DNA of 64,000 nucleotides from an uncultured bacterium (GTDB lineage Bacteria; Chlamydiota; Chlamydiia; Chlamydiales; 2-12-FULL-49-11): NCBI GenBank assembly GCA_964350315.1, contig CAYGJD010000002.1, positions 24,157 to 88,156 of the forward strand, read 5' to 3'. Shown piece by piece: positions 53,325 to 64,000 of this stretch (position 1 is its first letter; each line of letters starts with the position of its first letter). The notes under the pieces were generated by a model. It saw only the letters and a program-made list of their open reading frames with translations, ran no database searches and was not told where the DNA came from. The position numbers and the translations under genes were made by a program.

Positions 53325-53721
53325 TTTTCACCTTATCGTCCAAAATTGCATGAATAAATTTACTCGCTTCAACGCTGGAAAATTTTTTTGATAGTCGAAT
53401 TGCTTCATTAATCAAACTTCTTTTATCTATTTCTGCATCTCTAAGCAAGTAAAATGCCCATCGTAATATAGACAAATCGATTTTTGAAATTCGATCGAAT
53501 TCATATTCTTTTGAAACATTTGATATCTCTGCATCAAGAGAATCTAATTGGTTACAAATTTCTATAGTACTTTCTCTAGCTTCTTCAACTTTGTTTTTTG
53601 AGACAAGTAAAAGTTTCATTGTCATCTTTAAATCAGAAGGATCAATAAGAGTCCCTGATATCTCATAGCCATAAAGAAAGTGCACGACACATTCATTTGA
53701 TTTTGTAGACTTTCCCTTCAT
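53296..53721 (-). CDS. nusB: NusB-family transcription antitermination factor
   Basis: 141 aa with ILRWAFYLL ... INEAIRLSKKF ... KFIHAILD, the typical NusB pattern. Confidence 0.72.
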   Translation of the reverse strand: MKGKSTKSNECVVHFLYGYEISGTLIDPSDLKMTMKLLLVSKNKVEEARESTIEICNQLDSLDAEISNVSKEYEFDRISKIDLSILRWAFYLLRDAEIDKRSLINEAIRLSKKFSSVEASKFIHAILDDKVKSESQTTCSV

Positions 53722-53754
53722 ACCACATCCTATTTTCCAAAAAGCATAGCATAA

Positions 53755-54453
53755 ATGCTATCTTGGGAAAAGAACGAAAATTCAAAAAAATCCTACTCCT
53801 TAATATTTCGCTTGGATATGATCAGAAATTTGGGGGTGAAACGGTTGATTGGGATATTTTTAGATACAGAAGCAAACGGGCTAAATTACAAAAAACATGA
53901 GCCAGTTGAGATAGCAATTGAACTTATTAATTTAGAGACTGGGGAAAGAATTGATTCTTACAACTCTTTGATTCATATCTCATCTTCTGCTTTTGAAAAG
54001 AGCGATCCTGACTCTCTTGCTTTTACTGGCATTACCTATGAAGAGCTTAAAAAAGGCAAAGACATCTCAACGGTGAAAAAAGAGCTCCTCAATTTTTTTC
54101 TAGTACACAATCTAGAAAGAAAAAAAGCCCTGTTTATTTGCCAAAACCCTTCTTTTGACCGGATATTTTTCTCCAAAATTATTGATCCCGATCTACAAGA
54201 AGAGTTGAATTTTCCTTACAATTGGCTCGATCTTGCATCAATGCAATGGTCAAGGCTTGTAAGAGAAGGAAATGTTGCTACAGACATCCAACTCTCCAAA
54301 GATCTAATTGCAGAGCATTACGGAATTCCTCCAGAACAAAAGCCTCATAGAGCCAGAAATGGCGTTCGTCACCTTATCGAATGTTATAAAATAGTGGTTG
54401 GATTCAACTGCTCCGAAGCGGAAAAAGGGCCATCGTTTCAACCAAAGTCTTGA
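53755..54453 (+). CDS. DEDD-family 3'-5' exonuclease (DnaQ-like)
   Basis: Exo I FLDTEANGL, Exo II NPSFDRIFF and Exo III HRARNG. The start is uncertain, with an alternative ATG at 53818. Confidence 0.65.
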   Translation: MLSWEKNENSKKSYSLIFRLDMIRNLGVKRLIGIFLDTEANGLNYKKHEPVEIAIELINLETGERIDSYNSLIHISSSAFEKSDPDSLAFTGITYEELKKGKDISTVKKELLNFFLVHNLERKKALFICQNPSFDRIFFSKIIDPDLQEELNFPYNWLDLASMQWSRLVREGNVATDIQLSKDLIAEHYGIPPEQKPHRARNGVRHLIECYKIVVGFNCSEAEKGPSFQPKS

Positions 54454-55264
54454 TTTTTACATGCCTTTGATACCCTAAATGAATTTTAGTTGCTGTTTGG
54501 GTAAGCTCTTCAAAAGTTGGAAGATAGACATCCTTCATTTGCGCAATGATCTCTTTATACTTCGAATTTGGGTGGTAAATTGTAAGGTCTCGATGAAAGG
54601 CAAAAACGATATCAATAAATTCTTCCAGTCTTGCAACACCCATTTCTTCAATGATCTTTTCAATTTTTGCAACCCTTACAAGTGACTTGCCTATGTGACC
54701 TGTCCAAGCATGAGCGACCAAGTCAATCACATTTTGCTCAAATTCAGCATCAATTTTTTTGTCCTTTGCTGCCTCATCAAGTGAGATGGTCTTACATCTT
54801 GAGACAATGGTAGGAAGAAGGTGTGTTGTTTCTGTTGCCGTTAATAATATAACTGAATGCTCTGGCTTATCTTCTAAAGTTTTCAAAAGAGCGTTTGCAT
54901 GAACAGGAAGCATCGCCTCTGCATCTGTAATTAAATAGACCTTATATTTACCCTCAAAAGGCGGCATGATCGCATCATCAATCAAACGCTTAATGTCACT
55001 AATTGAATGCATAGAGCGAGCCCCTTCGGGCCTGAAGATGAAAAAATCGGGGTGACTATTCTTTTTTAACTTAATTTCAGAAGTTTCTGAGCTGTACTGC
55101 AGAAGAATTTCATGTGAAAGAGCCATAGCTGCGTCAAGCGTGAACTCACGATCTGGTCCTTTAATAATAAAGGGTGAACCAAAAGACTCGTTTTTAACAA
55201 TATTGGAGAGCTGCGCGAATAATCGTGGCTTCAAATTGAGCGATTTTAAATTAAGTAGTGCCAC
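54404..55264 (-). CDS. holB: DNA polymerase III subunit delta'
   Basis: 286 aa with HPDFFIF, ANALLKTLEDKPEHSVILL and SRC motifs. Confidence 0.8.
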   Translation of the reverse strand: MALLNLKSLNLKPRLFAQLSNIVKNESFGSPFIIKGPDREFTLDAAMALSHEILLQYSSETSEIKLKKNSHPDFFIFRPEGARSMHSISDIKRLIDDAIMPPFEGKYKVYLITDAEAMLPVHANALLKTLEDKPEHSVILLTATETTHLLPTIVSRCKTISLDEAAKDKKIDAEFEQNVIDLVAHAWTGHIGKSLVRVAKIEKIIEEMGVARLEEFIDIVFAFHRDLTIYHPNSKYKEIIAQMKDVYLPTFEELTQTATKIHLGYQRHVKIKTLVETMALFPLRSS

Positions 55265-55319
55265 GAAACTCTTTACCTTTGGTGTTATAAACTCAGGTCT
55301 TGCTCTAAACCTCTTTAAT

Positions 55320-55970
55320 CTACACGAGCGCTCTTATCTTCTTTGCTCTAAGGATTTCTACTGCCTCTTGAAACACTTCATCTGTTGAGCGGTTAGCATC
55401 TAGTATTGCAAATCTCTTAGGATATTTCTTCGCTAACATAAGGTAGGATTCTCTGACTTGCTTATGAAAAGAGATATGCTCTTTCTCTAAACGATCCTTA
55501 CCACCCGTAATACGCTCTAGTCCTTTCTCTGGATCAATGTCTAGATAAAATGTTAAATCAGGAACCAATCCCCCCGTTGCAAAAAGACAAACTTCTTCGA
55601 GCTTTGAATCGATTTGGGCAATTTTACGCGCCCCACCTTGATATGCTAAAGATGAATCTGTGAAACGATCACATAAAACAATCATGTTTTGCTCAAGAGC
55701 TGGTTTGATAAGGGTTTCAACATGATGAGCTCTGTCTGCTAAAAACAAAAAGAGCTCTGACTTACTTGACATTTGGATTTCATGTTTGTCAAGAAGCATT
55801 TCTCGAACAAGTGCACCAAAAGGAGTTCCCCCAGGTTCAAAAGTTTTAACAACAAACGCCTCTTTCTCATCGGTCAGATATGCGTAAAGTCGATCGATCA
55901 ATGTTGATTTACCTGATCCTTCACCACCTTCAATGGTAATGAAGGACCCAGCATCACTTCTTTTCATCAA
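55320..55970 (-). CDS. tmk: Thymidylate kinase
   Basis: P-loop FITIEGGEGSGKST, DRF motif and lid region. Confidence 0.9.
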   Translation of the reverse strand: MMKRSDAGSFITIEGGEGSGKSTLIDRLYAYLTDEKEAFVVKTFEPGGTPFGALVREMLLDKHEIQMSSKSELFLFLADRAHHVETLIKPALEQNMIVLCDRFTDSSLAYQGGARKIAQIDSKLEEVCLFATGGLVPDLTFYLDIDPEKGLERITGGKDRLEKEHISFHKQVRESYLMLAKKYPKRFAILDANRSTDEVFQEAVEILRAKKIRALV

Positions 55971-55976
55971 ATCTTC

Positions 55977-58640
55977 CTATTCTTCTTCTTCGTCGTCTTC
56001 AAAATCATCTTCGTCGTCTTCAAATTCTTCATCGTCTTCGTCTTCGTCTTCGTCTTCCTCGTCATCGTCATCGTGTTTTTTCGCTTTCAGTAAAAGGTCT
56101 ACCTTATCTTCTTCAAGCTCATCCAATGACTTCACGCTTTTTTTCATTACAGGCATAGTTTTTTCCTCTACTTCTAATGTTTCTTCTGGTTCTATTGCTT
56201 CAATTTTTTGAACTGCTACTAAAAAATCTTCAGGTTGTAACTGCACAAGCCTTACTCCCTGAGTAGAACGGCCCATTACGCGAATATCTTTCATAGATGT
56301 TCTTAGAGTTTGTCCTTGATTTGACATCATTAATAGACTGTCTTCATCTCGCACAGCGATAACTCCTACAACAAACCCATTTCGTTTATTCGTTATAATA
56401 GAACGAACACCTTTTCCTCCTCGATTTGTCTGTCTAAAGTCTGCAACTTTAGAACGCTTGCCAAATCCATTCTCGCATACAACTAGAACTGAATGGCCTT
56501 CGCTGACAACAATAGATGAGACAACTTTATCGCCTTCACCCTTAAGAGTTACACCACGAACACCTCTTGCTGTTCGTCCCATTGCTCTAACCATACTCTG
56601 ATCAAAACGTACGGCCATACCATTTTTGGTAAAGAGCATCACTTGTTCGTTTTCACGTACAAGTTGCGCTTCAATCACTTCATCATTCTCATCAATCGTG
56701 ATTGCAAAAACACCTTTTCTACGAGGAGATGAGTAACTAACTAAGTTTGTTTTCTTAATTACCCCTTTCTTCGTTGTAAAAATAATACTAGCCGTGTCTT
56801 CAAAACTTGAGACGCGCAATACTGCGGCAATTTTCTCATCTTTTTGGAAACCTTCTATAAGATTGACAAGCGCTTTTCCTTTTGAGCGTCTTCCAGACTC
56901 TGGTATTTGCCATACTTTAAGCCAGTAGCAACGACCATAATTTGAAAAGACAAGAAGATGATTATGAGTATTTGCAACATACACATCTTTAAGCCCATCA
57001 GATTCTTTTTTCATATCAAGGCCAATAACACCATGACCACCTCTTTTTTGCTCTCTAAAGGTGCTTATAGGCATTCTCTTGATATAATCATCTGTTGAGA
57101 TAGTGATAATCACAGGTTCGTTTGTGATCAGATCTTCCATCTCAAAAGATTCTTCCTCTGCAGGAGTAATCATTGTCTTACGATCATTTTGTTTTTCAAG
57201 CTTTCTCAAAGTTCCAAGTTCTTCTTTAATAATAGAACGAACTTTTAACTCTGATGCTAAAATTCCACGTAGTTCTTCAATTTTCAATAGAAGGTCTTTA
57301 TATTCGCTTTCTAGCTTCTCTCGCTCAAGACCAGTTAACTGGTATAATCTTAGTTCTAAGACTGCATCAGCTTGCTTTTCTGAGAGTGTATACTTCGCGA
57401 TTAAAGCAACCCTTGCTTCTTGACGATCGCTTGACTTCTTAATCAATGTGACAATTTCATCAAGGTGATCTAGCGCTTTTAAGTAACCTTCTAATATATG
57501 AGCTCTTGCTTCTGCTTTTTTCAACTCAAATCGAGTACGACGTCTTACAACTTCAATACGGTGGTCAACCCAAGATGAGATCAGTTGTTTGATATTCATC
57601 GTACGTGGCAGTCCGTTTTCAAGTGCAAGCATATTACAGCCAAACGTCACCTGAAGATCTGTATACTTATAAAGCTGATTTATAAGAACATCCGGAATTT
57701 CACCTCTTTTAAGATCAAGAACGATACGCATTCCGCGTTTATCAGACTCATCACGAATATCTGCTAAACCTGTAATAATTTTATCATTAACAAGGTCAGC
57801 AATTCTTGTAATCAGCATCGCTTTGTTTACGTTGTAAGGGAGCTCATCGACAATAATTTTCTGCCTGTCGTTTTTGTCCTCTTCAACGCGCATCACGCCT
57901 CTTAATCTCAACTTCCCACGTCCTGTGTGGAATGCTTCACGAATCCCCTTCACGCCACAAATAACACCGCCTGTTGGAAAGTCAGGTCCTGGCATTACCT
58001 TCATGATTTCATCAATTGAAACTTTAGGATCATCGATCACAAGCGTTGTAGCTTCAATCAATTCATTTAAGTTGTGAGGAGGAATATTTGTCGCCATTCC
58101 AACTGCAATTCCTGAGGAACCATTACAAAGAAGGTTTGGGAATTTTGATGGAAAAACAACAGGCTCTTTTTTCGTCTCATCGTAGTTAAGAACAAAGTCA
58201 ACAGTCTCTTTATCAAGATCTTCCATAAGCGCCATTGAAGGGGCGGTTAATCTTGCTTCAGTATAACGCATGGCAGCTGGTGGATCTCCATCAACAGAAC
58301 CAAAGTTTCCTTGGCCATTAACAAGAGCATATCTCATCATCCAAGGCTGCGCCATACGCACTAGAGTTGGGTAAATAACCGTCTCACCGTGGGGGTGAAA
58401 GTCACCAGATGTATCACCGGCAATCTTTGCGCACTTTCTGTGTTTTGCTGTTGGAGCTAAACTTAAAAGTTTCATCGCATACAATATTCTTCTTTGTGAT
58501 GGCTTCAATCCATCTCTTGCATCGGGAAGCGCCCGCGAAATGATAACCGACATCGAGTATCGCAGGTAGCTTTCTTTCATCTCTTCTTCGACGTTACGCT
58601 CAACTATTGCGCCATCTTTGTACTGATCTTCGCCTTCCAT
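55977..58640 (-). CDS. gyrA: DNA gyrase subunit A with long acidic C-terminal tail
   Basis: 887 aa. Active-site region AAMRYTEARL, GyrA-box/beta-pinwheel repeats and a terminal Asp/Glu run. Confidence 0.97.
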   Translation of the reverse strand: MEGEDQYKDGAIVERNVEEEMKESYLRYSMSVIISRALPDARDGLKPSQRRILYAMKLLSLAPTAKHRKCAKIAGDTSGDFHPHGETVIYPTLVRMAQPWMMRYALVNGQGNFGSVDGDPPAAMRYTEARLTAPSMALMEDLDKETVDFVLNYDETKKEPVVFPSKFPNLLCNGSSGIAVGMATNIPPHNLNELIEATTLVIDDPKVSIDEIMKVMPGPDFPTGGVICGVKGIREAFHTGRGKLRLRGVMRVEEDKNDRQKIIVDELPYNVNKAMLITRIADLVNDKIITGLADIRDESDKRGMRIVLDLKRGEIPDVLINQLYKYTDLQVTFGCNMLALENGLPRTMNIKQLISSWVDHRIEVVRRRTRFELKKAEARAHILEGYLKALDHLDEIVTLIKKSSDRQEARVALIAKYTLSEKQADAVLELRLYQLTGLEREKLESEYKDLLLKIEELRGILASELKVRSIIKEELGTLRKLEKQNDRKTMITPAEEESFEMEDLITNEPVIITISTDDYIKRMPISTFREQKRGGHGVIGLDMKKESDGLKDVYVANTHNHLLVFSNYGRCYWLKVWQIPESGRRSKGKALVNLIEGFQKDEKIAAVLRVSSFEDTASIIFTTKKGVIKKTNLVSYSSPRRKGVFAITIDENDEVIEAQLVRENEQVMLFTKNGMAVRFDQSMVRAMGRTARGVRGVTLKGEGDKVVSSIVVSEGHSVLVVCENGFGKRSKVADFRQTNRGGKGVRSIITNKRNGFVVGVIAVRDEDSLLMMSNQGQTLRTSMKDIRVMGRSTQGVRLVQLQPEDFLVAVQKIEAIEPEETLEVEEKTMPVMKKSVKSLDELEEDKVDLLLKAKKHDDDDEEDEDEDEDDEEFEDDEDDFEDDEEEE

Positions 58641-58656
58641 GACTTTTCCTGATTCC

Positions 58657-61164
<2,508 letters not shown>

Positions 61165-61175
61165 TTATCTCTTTC

Positions 61176-61541
61176 TCACCTTCGAAAGTTAAGTTTTTTC
61201 AACTTTAATGCCGGTATCCTCTTTCTCATTTCACTTTCTAGCTTTGTTTTTTGTTCAGCTTTTAGAATGCTAAATAGAGGGGCCGAGTTGATCTTGATCG
61301 TTAACACGCCATCGTCAAAACTTATAACCTCGGTCATGGCGGAATACTTCTCACCAATTAATTCTGACCAAGTATTTCGAATTTGTGAAATGTTAATTTT
61401 TTGTCTGGTATCAATCTTTTTTAGAACAGACGATAAAAGGTTTTTTACTTCCTTACCTGCTGGAAACTCCTCGAACTGGCGTTTATAAGCTAACGTCTTT
61501 TTTCTCAAAGAATCCATTCCTGTACAAATGTGCTTAATCAC
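61176..61541 (-). CDS. DUF721 (DciA-like) protein
   Basis: 121 aa located directly upstream of gyrB. FDDGVLTIKINSAPLFSILK pattern typical of DUF721. Confidence 0.55.
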   Translation of the reverse strand: MIKHICTGMDSLRKKTLAYKRQFEEFPAGKEVKNLLSSVLKKIDTRQKINISQIRNTWSELIGEKYSAMTEVISFDDGVLTIKINSAPLFSILKAEQKTKLESEMRKRIPALKLKKLNFRR

Positions 61542-61601
61542 ATTATCCTAGCAAAAAGCGCTCTAAAATGCTATACTTTTTTCCAGTGAACAGTTTATCT
61601 A

Positions 61602-63428
61602 ATGAGGAACATGCCAAAACCAAAATTCATAAGAAATGTAGCTATTGTAGCACATATCGATCATGGGAAGACAACATTAATTGACAGCCTTCTCGCTCAA
61701 ACCCAAGCCTATCGTGAAAATGAACAAGTTCAAACACGAGCTATGGACTCTTTCGACCTTGAAAGAGAGCGTGGGATCACAATTTTTGCAAAACATACAA
61801 GTCTTCTTTTTGATGAGTATAAAATTAATTTAATCGACACGCCGGGTCACGCCGATTTTTCAGCAGAAGTTGAAAGGGTGCTCGGAATGGTCAATTCAGT
61901 CCTACTATTAGTAGATGCACAAGAAGGACCGATGCCTCAAACGCGTTTTGTTCTTTCTCAGGCATTAAAAAGAGGACTTAACCCGATTGTCATTCTAAAT
62001 AAAATTGACAGACCACACGCAAACCCAGAAAATGCTCTCAATAAAACTTTTGATTTATTTGTCGAACTTGGAGCAACAGACGAACAACTCGATTTCAAAT
62101 ATGCTTTTGCTTCTGGTTTAGGTGGATTTGCTTTCTTAAATGAAGGAGATCCAAGGGTTGACATGAGACCTTTATTTGAAATGATCATCGAACACGTTCC
62201 TCCTCCAACGGGATCAGAAGAAGAACCGTTTCTTATGCAGGCAACGACTCTTTCATATAATGACTTTACAGGACGATCTGCCGCTGGAAGAGTTTTACAA
62301 GGAATAATTCGTAAAGGAGATCCAATCGCTTGTATCGATAAAGATGGGCACCCAACAAATCACAGGGTCACTTTGATCGAAGGGTATTCAGGATTAAAGA
62401 AAATTGAACTTCCTGAAGCTTCTGTTGGTGATATTGTATCTATCGCAGGGATTCCCGAGGTAATGATTGGAGACACACTAACTCACCCAGCCCACCTACA
62501 CCAACTCCCTCCAATCGAACTTGGTGACGTAACGATTTCTGTTGAAATTCTAGTTAACACTTCTCCTTTTGTTGGAAAAGAAGGAAAGCATGTAACAATG
62601 AATAAAATTCGCGATCGTTTGATGAAAGAAAAGCGCTCTAACGTCTCTTTAAAAATTGAACCTGTCGACGGTCGTGAAGATTCGATTCGGATGTCAGGTC
62701 GTGGAGAACTTCACTTATCTATTGTTATTGAAACAATGAGACGGGAAGGATTCGAATTTGCAGTTTCAAAACCTAAAGTCATCACAAAAATGATTGATGG
62801 AGTGAAGTGCGAACCGTTTGAAAACATCCACATCGAACTTCCAGAGACATCTTCTGGTGGCGTAATTGAAGAACTAGCAAGACGTAAGGGTGAAATGCGC
62901 ATGATGAGCACAAACGATCATGGCATCTCTACACTTGAGTTTTTCATGCCAACTAGAGGAATCATGGGATACCGCTCAGAATTTATGACAGCGACAAAAG
63001 GAGAAGGTATTTTAACTTCTGTTTTTGACAGCTTTAAACCAATGAAAGGTGAAATTCCAGGACGTAAAAGAGGTTCCTTGATTTCAAACGCAAAAGGCAA
63101 ATGTACTGGATACTCTCTATTTAACCTTGTTGACAGAGGATCCTTCTTTGTGGACCCAACAATTGAGGTTTATGAAGGGATGATTATCGGAGAACACAAT
63201 CGAAGTACTGACCTTGTTGTTAATCCAGTTAAGGGAAAACAATTAACTAACGTTCGCGCATCTGGAACGGATGAAAACGTTGTACTTCCTCCTCCAAGAA
63301 AACTTAACCTTGAACAAGCTATCGACTTTATACAAGACGATGAATTGATTGAAGTAACACCTTTAAGCATTCGGATTAGGAAAATGTATCTAACTGAAGC
63401 AGACAGGAAAAGAGCGCCTAGAAAATAG
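61602..63428 (+). CDS. typA: Translational GTPase TypA/BipA
   Basis: 608 aa. G1 AHIDHGKTTL, G3 DTPGHADF and G4 NKID, with the BipA-specific C-terminal domain. Confidence 0.95.
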   Translation: MRNMPKPKFIRNVAIVAHIDHGKTTLIDSLLAQTQAYRENEQVQTRAMDSFDLERERGITIFAKHTSLLFDEYKINLIDTPGHADFSAEVERVLGMVNSVLLLVDAQEGPMPQTRFVLSQALKRGLNPIVILNKIDRPHANPENALNKTFDLFVELGATDEQLDFKYAFASGLGGFAFLNEGDPRVDMRPLFEMIIEHVPPPTGSEEEPFLMQATTLSYNDFTGRSAAGRVLQGIIRKGDPIACIDKDGHPTNHRVTLIEGYSGLKKIELPEASVGDIVSIAGIPEVMIGDTLTHPAHLHQLPPIELGDVTISVEILVNTSPFVGKEGKHVTMNKIRDRLMKEKRSNVSLKIEPVDGREDSIRMSGRGELHLSIVIETMRREGFEFAVSKPKVITKMIDGVKCEPFENIHIELPETSSGGVIEELARRKGEMRMMSTNDHGISTLEFFMPTRGIMGYRSEFMTATKGEGILTSVFDSFKPMKGEIPGRKRGSLISNAKGKCTGYSLFNLVDRGSFFVDPTIEVYEGMIIGEHNRSTDLVVNPVKGKQLTNVRASGTDENVVLPPPRKLNLEQAIDFIQDDELIEVTPLSIRIRKMYLTEADRKRAPRK

Positions 63429-63449
63429 ACGCCCTAAAAACTTCAAACG

Positions 63450-64000
63450 TTAGACGAACAAACTAGATCCAGTGGGAGGGTAATTAACATTCCCTTCCAC
63501 TAATGCTCTGCCCCCCACTGCTGCTACTGCAGCGTGAGCACCTTGATCTCCGTCTTCTGCTCGAGAAACCCGTCCAAGCAACATTTCAGCCTCTCTTCTT
63601 TTTTGACCCTCAACTTGTGCTAATCTTTTTAGCACGGCACGATCAGCTTCTAATCTTTTCACTTGGTTTGCTAAAAAGAGCTTTCTTTTCGCGCCAGTGA
63701 CAGCCAATCTTTGTAAAGAATCAAGTTTTGAAAGCTTTTCTGCTTGATCTTCTAGCTTTGCAAGCAACTGAGCTTCCCGCGCGATGAGACTTTCTTGCTC
63801 ATCTTGCAGTTTTTGCCTCTTCCCTTGCAGCTCTTTTTGCTGAGAGATAATAGCTCTTTCTTCTTCTTGCAACCTAGCAGCTTCTTGATTTACCTTTTCA
63901 TCAAACGCTCCCTGTATATTAGCATCTCCTTGCACCTTAGAAAGGAGTTCAACGGCTCTTTGTAAACCGAGTCTTGTTTTCTCAAGACTGTCAATTTCAC
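63450..64000 (-). CDS. Coiled-coil hypothetical protein (5' end outside window)
   Basis: The reading frame stays open from the track's GTG at 63935 to the window edge. Gln/Glu/Leu/Arg-rich heptad-like sequence. Confidence 0.5.
   Translation of the reverse strand, partial: EIDSLEKTRLGLQRAVELLSKVQGDANIQGAFDEKVNQEAARLQEEERAIISQQKELQGKRQKLQDEQESLIAREAQLLAKLEDQAEKLSKLDSLQRLAVTGAKRKLFLANQVKRLEADRAVLKRLAQVEGQKRREAEMLLGRVSRAEDGDQGAHAAVAAVGGRALVEGNVNYPPTGSSLFV

Noticed and set aside
55933-56211. Plus-strand ORF encoding a poly-serine protein (SSSSSSS...)
   Set aside because: It is the antisense reading of the GAA/GAC-rich GyrA acidic tail. It is a low-complexity mirror artefact with no independent start signals.
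62745-62765. ggattcgaa, a 9-nt match to the tRNA-Ser 3' end, considered as an att-site remnant
   Set aside because: It lies inside the conserved typA coding sequence, far from the tRNA. A 9-nt match is expected by chance.

Overview
AT-rich, densely coding bacterial chromosome segment with about 60 CDS, 2 tRNAs and no rRNA, CRISPR array or intact mobile element. Gene content and order suggest an environmental, amoeba-associated member of the Chlamydiota. This rests on long-form IspG, PPi-dependent phosphofructokinase, the blocks pyrG-ruvX-zwf-(opcA)-pgl and holB-tmk-gyrA-gyrB-DUF721, infC-rpmI-rplT-pheS, and lysine-rich histone-like proteins. The assignment is inference from recalled Chlamydia gene order, not a database result. 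Between the housekeeping blocks lie accessory genes, several of them eukaryote-like lipid enzymes: an Erg6/SMT-like methyltransferase, a NAPE-PLD-like hydrolase, a class-3 lipase, TspO, a lipoxygenase-like protein and a neutral-ceramidase-like protein. The best candidate for an undescribed system is a minus-strand operon at 35.1-39.9 kb. It encodes a membrane-anchored lipoxygenase-like enzyme with atypical iron ligands, two tandem paralogous orphan proteins and a secreted cyclophilin, and ends in one intrinsic terminator. It lies near a ceramidase/deacetylase pair and the 3' side of tRNA-Ser. Other candidates are an orphan 450-aa protein divergent from a SprT-like/DUF2786 protein at the synteny breakpoint, and a shrunken ThrRS-derived protein in the thrS position whose ATG directly follows tRNA-Val. 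A 1028-aa orphan with a possible Cys-His protease module behind a near-consensus promoter and a lone RusA-like protein also merit follow-up. All family calls rest on motifs read from the translations. No searches were run.
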